DNA of 21,265 nucleotides, taken from positions 1 through 21,265 of the forward strand of contig CAYNZZ010000019.1 in the NCBI GenBank assembly GCA_964401865.1, written 5' to 3'. The DNA is from an uncultured Erysipelotrichaceae bacterium (GTDB lineage Bacteria > Bacillota_I > Bacilli_A > Erysipelotrichales > Erysipelotrichaceae). Below, piece by piece: positions 15,476 to 21,265 of this stretch. Made by a program: the position numbers and the translations under genes. Numbering within the stretch: the stretch's first letter is position 1; every line of letters starts with the position of its first letter. The notes under the pieces are model-generated. The model did no database searches. It saw only the letters and a list, made by a program, of their open reading frames with translations, and was not told the origin of the DNA.

Positions 15476-16192
15476 TCACTGCCATTCTTCACTATCAAAG
15501 GTTATTAACCCCTCAGCAGTCATTCTTGCTATTGCACTCAATGAATGATTTTCTTGTTTCGATATATGAACATTTACCTTTTTACCGGTATTTATATCAA
15601 TTCCTAAATAAAATCTATGGCATACAACATGAATATACTCAAAAACCGGCTGTTTACACTCTAAAGATTCCATAATCCAATCAACAATGTTATTCTCTGC
15701 ATCTTTTGTTGGCATTTCAGGCAAAATAACAACTAACTCCACTCTTTCATAATGGCATAAATAGCAGGGGAGTTTCTCCAATTTTCTATAAATGCTATAT
15801 TGAATAAATTGTTTTTCATTGACAGATGTAGATGCTGGAGCAACGGCGATATACCCAATTTCTGACTTAGCAACAGAATAATTCTCTTTCTCTATTGCGG
15901 AAAGAAGTTTTTTATCATATGTGTTACTGTCATCTTCGCAAAGCTGTGCAAATAATCTAGAAGTTTTCATATCTCTTTCCTGAACAGCTGCCGTCACTTC
16001 TATACCGGTTTTATTATCAGGATCTTGCAAATCTGGTGCGTCTCTCGCAATAAAAGAACCATATTTAATAGGATTAATATATTTTAATGTAGCTAAAACC
16101 CGATATTCTTGAGATAGTTTTAACAGTTGTGGAGATATACTTCTCTTAGGCTTATATTGCAATATACGCTCTGTAAAGAGATTCATATCCAA
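15476..16192 (-). CDS. Hypothetical protein, last gene of the operon; possible PD-(D/E)xK-like nuclease motif
   Basis: 238-aa ORF. SD-like agagg lies 5 nt before TTG 16192; ATG 16186 is an alternative start. The gap to the upstream stop is 8 nt. The segment ARDAPDLQDPDNKTGIEVTAAVQE resembles a PD...(D/E)x(K/T) core. I recognise no family. Confidence 0.6.
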   Translation of the reverse strand: MDMNLFTERILQYKPKRSISPQLLKLSQEYRVLATLKYINPIKYGSFIARDAPDLQDPDNKTGIEVTAAVQERDMKTSRLFAQLCEDDSNTYDKKLLSAIEKENYSVAKSEIGYIAVAPASTSVNEKQFIQYSIYRKLEKLPCYLCHYERVELVVILPEMPTKDAENNIVDWIMESLECKQPVFEYIHVVCHRFYLGIDINTGKKVNVHISKQENHSLSAIARMTAEGLITFDSEEWQ

Positions 16193-16200
16193 ATTAGCCT

Positions 16201-17566
16201 CTATTTGTTAATAGCAGGAGGAATACATCCACATACGTCAGACAGTTCACTAACAGAATTTAGAGGTACCCAATCTACCATCCCCGGTTTCCATACCAAG
16301 CTATTGCTTATTATTTGTCCAGTTATAGCCATCTGCTTCAAAGCATCTAAATTAAATGGACCTGTTGCCTGGTTGTTGATAGCAACATAATACCCAACAG
16401 CAGGAACAGGAGGCGGAGTAGTGGTTGACTGAACAGTCTGATTCACATTTGACATCATTCCACCCATGATTCCTGCTACATTTTGTCCAACAGCACTTCC
16501 GATAGCCATACCAGCCATCATTGTTGCGGGATTAAATCCAGTATTATTACCACCTAGATCAACACCCGATGCACCACTTGCGCCCATTCCGCCAAGAGCT
16601 TCTGCTCCTGCAATGCCAACACTTGCCTGCATTTCAGTTTGATAAGCAGCAAAGTTCGATGTCTGCGTTTGTTTGTGCTGCGCATATTGTGCTTCCTCGC
16701 GTTGAATTCGAAGTGTTTCTGCATAATTTTCTGCCTCTATGCGTTGATTGTCCTGCATTTGTTTAATGTTAACAGCTGTTTGGGCTTTCACCATTTCTGT
16801 AGTCATGGTTTGAGTAATAGCCATTAGCTTAGCATAACCCTCAGACGATTTATCAATTTCTATTGCTCCAATATCAACACCTGATACTTCTACACCAAAA
16901 TCTTCTTTCAATCGTTGGCAAATATCATATTCAACAGCATCGTTTATTTGTGCAATTTTGCTTTCAAGTTGAACAACAGGTATGTTATGAATAGAAGGAG
17001 CATTGGCAACTGCATCTTTTACATATCGGATCACAGAATCACGAATCTGCTTTTCAAAATCTTCTAAACTAAAAGTATTCAGTCTATGCAATTTAATAAA
17101 CTCTCTGTAATTTTCGATTCTAAAGCTGATTGTTCCGCGCACAGCGACAGGAACAGTGAAATCTAAAAAGCGTGGGTCACATACATCAAAAAATGGTACC
17201 CCAAATCTCACTTGAGTAATTCGAGCTAGGTTGATAAAATATACTTCTGCCTGAAATGGTGATCCACCTTCATAAGCAAGTCCAATAATACTGGCAATAA
17301 TAGGAAGGTTTTCTGTATTTAGAACATTATCATATGGACCTTCGACAAAGTCTTGATAAACACCATTTCGCTGATCATATACAAATACAGCCACTTCGCC
17401 ATCTTTTACACGCAAAGGCGAACCCCATCGAATGGCATTTTCTCTACCGTTGTTTCCAGCCTGCGAACCAGCTGGATGCCACTTCCATATCAAATATGAT
17501 GGTTCATCACAGCGAATTTCATCCATAAAACCGCCTGCTTTTTTTTCTTCTATCAAATAAATTCAT
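16201..17566 (-). CDS. YdjI-type SPFH (stomatin/prohibitin/flotillin/HflKC-like) protein with Gly/Met/Ala-rich linker and C-terminal GYF_2 domain; 5' end frameshifted in an A8 run
   Basis: The body (ORF 16201..17556) aligns to the COG4260/YdjI pattern: ...IWKW...LRVKDGEVAVFV...NLPII...GGSPFQAEVYFIN.... A Q-rich coiled region follows, then GGMGASGASG...AGIMGGMM low complexity, TTTPPPVP, then YYVAINNQATGPFNLDALKQMAITGQIISNSLVWKPGMVDWVPLNSVSEL (GYF_2-like, 16243..16395). A strong SD aggagg plus ATG 17566 encodes MNLFDRRKK, the family-typical start, in another frame. The frames meet in the A8 run at 17539..17546. Confidence 0.8.
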
Positions 17567-17577
17567 ATTATTTCCTC

Positions 17578-19908
17578 CTATTGTTGTATAGGTCTACCTT
17601 TTAGTTTTGGACAATTTGCAAAAGCATCTTTCCCAATAATTGTGTCATCGTTCCAAATAGTTGCACTGCTCAATTCCGAACAACCATCAAATGCGTGTTC
17701 ACCAACTTCTTTTGTATTGAATCCAATACTAATACTAGGCAATGAGCTACAATCTGCGAATGCGTAATCATCTATATCTGGATCGCCCCATAAAATTACG
17801 CTTGTCAAATCAGTGCATTTTTCAAAGGCATGTTTTCCAATATATGTTGTTTCATTTGGAATACTTATTTTTTGAAGAGATGTACATCCGTAGAAAGCGT
17901 AATCACCTATGGTTTCTATATCTGCCCAGAAAATAACGTTTTCTAGTGTCGTGCAATTTTTAAATGCAGATTCTCCAATACTTGTAACTTTATGCCCATC
18001 TATTTTACTATCTATTGTTAAATGGTTTCCGTCTCCACTAAATCCAGTAATCTCAGCATTTCCATTTTTTAAAACTTTGTATTCAACAGTTAACTCAACT
18101 GTCTTGCTGGATTCAACTTCCTGATTTGCATTATTCAGTTCTGGCATTTTATTTACGACATCTTCATCCAATCGCCTTACAACTAAGTTTATTTCCTCAT
18201 AATTTTGGCTGCGGATTAAATTATCATATTCCTGTCCTTTGCTATCTGTTTCATATTGCAAACGTAGTTCGGTATTAACCTTAATATCCTGTGAAACGAC
18301 AATATATTGTTTAAGACTATCTTCACTGCTATCATCAATGAAAGAACCGTCTTCTGATGTAAATGATATTCGAAGTTTCCCTTTACCATAGTAATCAACT
18401 CGATCATTTCCGTAATAATCACCAAATGAAGCTGCATTCCTACCAACATAGTCACGAATATAATACAAATGCCTATCTAAAGATGGAGAGATTTCAACAT
18501 ACTCAGGCTGATAGCCTGCAGAACCTATAGCGGAAACATATAACACAATTTCCTCATAACTTTGATAATCAACTAAGTTACTATATGGTCTACCTTTGCT
18601 ATCTCGTAGATGAACAATAGTTAGATTTGTTCCAGCTCGCAAGTTTTGTTCAACGACAGTATATTGCTTCTTTATTTCATCATTTTTAAAGAAGACCATC
18701 CCATCTTCTGAGACAAACACAATACGCAAACGCCCTTTTCCATATTCATCAATTAGATAATCTCCGTATTCTTTTCCTATAGAAGCCACATTTTTTCCTA
18801 TGTAATTGCGAATTTGATAAGTATAGATTCCCTGGGAATCATCAGACTCCATGTTTTCTGTAATCGTTGGACTTTCATGTTTTGAACTTACCATATTCTT
18901 TGGCGCTACTAAGTTACCTATTGCATATGTCACAAAAAGAATCAACAAACAAACAACTGTAACAACTAGCGATGTTACATTTAGTGATGTATTTCTTTCA
19001 GGGATTTTCTTACCATTTTTAACCGTTCTAACCAAAATGATAATACAACAAATAACTTCAACAATAAGTATCAACTGGAATGCGTTTGTTCCAACACTAT
19101 CTAAATTTTCCCTACATAAAGGAATCATTACAATAATGTTTAATATCAATCCGGATAATGTTACAAACTTTGGAAGTATATCCTTACATTTAAGAACTAT
19201 CGGAATAAAAATAGCACCAGCAACAAAATCAAGCATTAGAAGTAACTGAAAACCATTTGTTCCAACATTGTCAAGATTAACTCTACACATAGGAAGCAAA
19301 ATAAAAATACTAAGAAGCCAACCAAAAACGATAATAAGTCGAGGAAGTGTCGGGATAATTTCAGCGAATGCGAATCCTATTTTTTTTACGCTTTGTATGG
19401 TCCTTTTATGCTCTAGTTGTTTCAAAATTGCTTGATATTGCGCTTCAATTTCATTCAAGTCATTCTTTTCACGGAACACAAGTTTCGCTTTCTGCATAAC
19501 CTGCTCTAGTTTAGCTTGCCAAGCTGCAGATATTTCTCCATCTAAACTTTGGTTAATATTTGATGATGCAAGAATCAAAAACTCCCATATGTCTTCTTTA
19601 GCATTAGGAATAGGAAAATGACGAATTACGGATATTTTTTCCAATTCGCCTGAAGCTTTGGACAATTGATCTGCAAACACTTTCACGGAGTCAGTTGCCT
19701 CGGCACCTCGAATTTCATAACCGCAAGTTGGACATCTTGATGCAAAAGAATCAAGTAACTCACCACAATTCGGACATTTATATATTTTTCCTTCATATAT
19801 AGGTTTTCGGATTGATTGTATTTCATCCGGTTTAATTGCAGTCCCACAATTATCACAGAATTTCGCACCATCACGTAGTTTTTGACCACAATTCGGACAG
19901 TAATTCAT
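17578..19908 (-). CDS. Multidomain membrane protein: two N-terminal zinc ribbons, helical domain, ~5 TM segments, two tandem ~100-aa extracytoplasmic domains, C-terminal BspA-type leucine-rich repeats
   Basis: SD aaaggaag plus ATG 19908 gives MNYCPNCGQKLRDGAKFCDNCG and YKCPNCGELLDSFASRCPTCG (CxxC...CxxC twice). FPIPNAKEDIWEFLILASSNI follows. Hydrophobic segments fall at about aa 203-219, 232-254, 261-277, 289-308 and 324-346 (track numbering). The tandem domains begin YTYQIRNYIGKNVASIG... and LYYIRDYVGRNAASFG.... The LRR_5-like repeats read VTSIGESAFKNCTTLENV / IETIGDYAFYGCTSLQKI / TTYIGKHAFEKCTDLTSV / IDDYAFADCSSLPSI / KEVGEHAFDGCSELSSA / TIIGKDAFANCPKL. Confidence 0.8.
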   Translation of the reverse strand: MNYCPNCGQKLRDGAKFCDNCGTAIKPDEIQSIRKPIYEGKIYKCPNCGELLDSFASRCPTCGYEIRGAEATDSVKVFADQLSKASGELEKISVIRHFPIPNAKEDIWEFLILASSNINQSLDGEISAAWQAKLEQVMQKAKLVFREKNDLNEIEAQYQAILKQLEHKRTIQSVKKIGFAFAEIIPTLPRLIIVFGWLLSIFILLPMCRVNLDNVGTNGFQLLLMLDFVAGAIFIPIVLKCKDILPKFVTLSGLILNIIVMIPLCRENLDSVGTNAFQLILIVEVICCIIILVRTVKNGKKIPERNTSLNVTSLVVTVVCLLILFVTYAIGNLVAPKNMVSSKHESPTITENMESDDSQGIYTYQIRNYIGKNVASIGKEYGDYLIDEYGKGRLRIVFVSEDGMVFFKNDEIKKQYTVVEQNLRAGTNLTIVHLRDSKGRPYSNLVDYQSYEEIVLYVSAIGSAGYQPEYVEISPSLDRHLYYIRDYVGRNAASFGDYYGNDRVDYYGKGKLRISFTSEDGSFIDDSSEDSLKQYIVVSQDIKVNTELRLQYETDSKGQEYDNLIRSQNYEEINLVVRRLDEDVVNKMPELNNANQEVESSKTVELTVEYKVLKNGNAEITGFSGDGNHLTIDSKIDGHKVTSIGESAFKNCTTLENVIFWADIETIGDYAFYGCTSLQKISIPNETTYIGKHAFEKCTDLTSVILWGDPDIDDYAFADCSSLPSISIGFNTKEVGEHAFDGCSELSSATIWNDDTIIGKDAFANCPKLKGRPIQQ
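18169..18828 (-). repeat. Tandem duplication of a ~100-aa extracytoplasmic domain (PASTA-like spacing of conserved G/hydrophobic positions)
   Basis: Y.IR.Y.G.N.AS.G..YG....D.YGKG.LRI.F.SEDG.......E...KQY.VV.Q.......L........SKG..Y.NL...Q.YEEI.L.V is shared by the copies at aa ~375-475 and ~494-594. Confidence 0.65.
19036..19299 (-). repeat. Internal duplication of a TM hairpin unit (period 171 nt / 57 aa) inside the giant gene
   Basis: LLPMCRVNLDNVGTNGFQLLLMLDF versus MIPLCRENLDSVGTNAFQLILIVEV. At DNA level, tttgttccaaca recurs at 19085 and 19256, exactly 171 nt apart. Confidence 0.7.
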
Positions 19909-19942
19909 ATTCATCATCTTCCTTTCATTTATAATCCCAAAA

Positions 19943-20155
19943 TCAATCAACGCTATCTTCTACTGCATCGCAAATATCTCCAATATTGCATTCAAGGTAC
20001 TCACAAATTCGAAGAAGCACCGATAATGCTACTTCTTCGTTCTTTCTCAGCTTTGTCATAGTACCTGTTGCAATACACAAGTCTCTTCGCATAGTCACAG
20101 GAGATATGTCTTTCTCAATCAGTAGTATCCATAGCTTTTTATAGCTTATTTTCAT
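19943..20155 (-). CDS. XRE/Cro-type helix-turn-helix transcriptional regulator, first gene of the operon
   Basis: ATG 20155 gives MKISYKKLWILLIEKDISPVTMRRDLCIATGTMTKLRKNEEVALSVLLRICEYLECNIGDICDAV (70 aa). This is a common short HTH family (MKI.Y.KLW.LL.....K.DL......S..T..KL.KNE.V....L.KIC..L.C.I.DI). The track's 17-codon N-terminal extension overlaps the promoter. Confidence 0.8.
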   Translation of the reverse strand: MKISYKKLWILLIEKDISPVTMRRDLCIATGTMTKLRKNEEVALSVLLRICEYLECNIGDICDAVEDSVD

Positions 20156-20196
20156 AGAAATGGCCCTTTCACACTCCAAACTATTTATATTATTTA

Positions 20197-20225
20197 AATA
20201 TATCATCGATATACAAAGAATTCAA
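20197..20225 (-). promoter_or_regulatory. Sigma-70-type promoter candidate for the HTH-led operon (TTGAAT-17 nt-TATATT on the minus strand)
   Basis: The -35 is the reverse complement of 20220..20225, followed by a 17-nt spacer. The -10 is the reverse complement of 20197..20202. It lies ~40 nt upstream of ATG 20155. Confidence 0.45.
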
Positions 20226-20285
20226 GATTTCCATGCATATAATAAGCATTAATTCGCAAGACATTGCGATATTTTAGTGTAAACT

Positions 20286-20962
20286 TCAATTATCATCCGA
20301 AATAATCTTTGCATATTTTACAAATGTGTTACGTGTTATTTTATGTTTTTTCAACAAATCAGATATCTTTAGATTTCTATTCCCAACTGACTGATTTAGA
20401 TACTTAATAATATCTTCCCTTAATTCATCACTCATCTTATCGAGTTTACCAATGGCTCTACCTGGTTTCTTTTCCGAAAAAGATAATCCATCTTTTATTC
20501 TCTTCGATAAGATTAATCTTTCTTGTTCAACACGATTAAGTTCAACGATTAAAAGTAGCTTAACCGTTGATTCTAACGATACCTGAGCAACTAGATCCTG
20601 CTGTTCAGCCACATGAAGTAATTCCTTTATATATGTGTTGATACTGTTGGATTATCAATAAAGACTAATTCGATCCCTTTTCTCATCAACTCCATATACT
20701 TGTCATAGCCGTTTAGAGCTTCTCTCGTAAAACGAGAAATGTCTTTAAAAACAATGGTGTCACCTTCTCTTGCCAAAGATTCCAGTTTCTTCCATTCTTT
20801 TCTGTTGTCAAAAGATTTGCCAGATTCATCTTCTTTATATTCAGCAGCAAAAACAACACCATTATCTTTTGCATATTGAGCTAAATCCTTTTCCTGTCTA
20901 TTAAACTTTTGCTTCTGACGTTCTTCTTTCGTTGAAATTCTCATATAACTTAAATAAGCCAT
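20286..20962 (-). pseudogene. Small serine recombinase (resolvase/invertase family) split by one frameshift
   Basis: SD gggggtg plus ATG 20962 gives MAYLSYMRISTKEERQKQ, which holds the catalytic Ser context; ...IVFKDISRFTRE... follows. The frame ends PTVSTHI* at 20627. The adjacent frame continues YIKELLHVAEQQDLVAQVSLE...SKRIKDGL...GRAIGKL... with a C-terminal HTH (ISDLLKKHKITRNTFVKYAK). The frameshift is at ~20615..20630. Confidence 0.8.
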
Positions 20963-20990
20963 AAGCACCCCCAAGTATAGTGAATATATC

Positions 20991-21212
20991 GTGCCTTTGA
21001 TGGAACGGCTCGGCTTTGATCAAACGCCTCATTGTTGTAGACATACCTTTATTTCTTTACTTGCCGAAGCAAAAATATCACCAACATATACAAAACTGAT
21101 TGTTGGCCATAAAGGTGCTATGTCATTGACTGAAAAGGTATATACGCATATCGACATGAGCCATCTTCTTGAAGCGGTAAACTCAATTTACTATCCGAAA
21201 ATAAACCAATAA
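20991..21212 (+). pseudogene. Tyrosine recombinase/integrase, C-terminal ~70 aa only
   Basis: TPHCCRHTFISLL (HxxR box), IVGHKG and EKVYTHID (catalytic Tyr context). There is no upstream catalytic-domain or N-terminal sequence. The fragment begins within ~15 nt of the divergent serine-recombinase SD. Confidence 0.8.
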
Positions 21213-21220
21213 CAATAATT

Positions 21221-21247
21221 AACCACTAGCTTAGCTAGTGGTTTTAA
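21221..21247 (+). terminator. Rho-independent terminator candidate after the integrase stub
   Basis: aaccactagc-tta-gctagtggtt is a 10-bp perfect stem whose 3' arm runs into tttt. Confidence 0.5.
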
Positions 21248-21265
21248 ATGTGCGGGCATAGCCCT

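Noticed and set aside
15218-19889. Plus-strand or off-frame ORFs inside the minus-strand operon and at its border (15218..15445, 15454..15675, 16127..16390, 16569..16766, 16639..16827, 17334..17528, 17742..17936, 17909..18124, 18216..18455, 18851..19249, 19683..19889)
   Set aside because: Each overlaps a longer ORF with strong family signatures on the other strand or frame. None has an SD or recognisable domain.
1-21265. CRISPR arrays, rRNA, complete tRNA genes
   Set aside because: I found no regularly spaced direct repeats of 25-40 nt, no rRNA-like conserved blocks, and no GTTCGAATC-type T-arm with a matching acceptor stem anywhere in the window.

Overview
AT-rich, low-GC Gram-positive (Bacillota-like) accessory region with extensive gene decay. 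No tools were run; all calls come from reading the sequence and the ORF track and from remembered family motifs.

Left edge (1-2.8 kb): the 5' end of an IS200/IS605 tnpA runs off the window and is not in the ORF track. Next is guaA (minus strand), whose glutamine-amidotransferase domain is internally deleted and lacks the catalytic triad. A 5'-truncated RibD_C/DHFR-family gene is then fused head-to-head (~2216) to a 5'-truncated, twice-frameshifted MobV relaxase remnant.

Middle (3.0-15.4 kb, + strand): remnant of a Gram-positive conjugative element. It carries:
- an intact AbiEi antitoxin and a dead AbiEii toxin fused in frame to parA;
- ParA and a ParB-like pseudogene;
- a lipoprotein;
- a ~1000-codon thioester-domain/SpaA-CnaB-repeat adhesin with 2 in-frame stops, 1 frameshift, and a sorting signal cut right after IPNTG;
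- an intact class B sortase;
- a DprA-N-terminal-like ORF, an intact class II Fic protein and a small HTH protein;
- a 41-codon ArdC-like stub joined to the C-terminal ATPase half of VirB4;
- a CHAP hydrolase with a nonsense codon and a probable frameshift.
No relaxase, coupling protein or VirB6-like gene remains, so the element looks immobile.

Right (15.4-20.2 kb, - strand): the most interesting part, a compact 4-gene operon I cannot assign to any named system. Order: XRE HTH, then a 776-aa double-zinc-ribbon/5-TM/tandem-domain/BspA-LRR protein, then a YdjI-type SPFH protein with a C-terminal GYF_2 domain, then a 238-aa unknown with a PD-(D/E)xK-like motif. It sits downstream of a frameshifted small serine recombinase, which abuts the 3' stub of a tyrosine integrase.

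The last 14 nt may be the start of a tRNA. No rRNA, CRISPR array or complete tRNA was seen.
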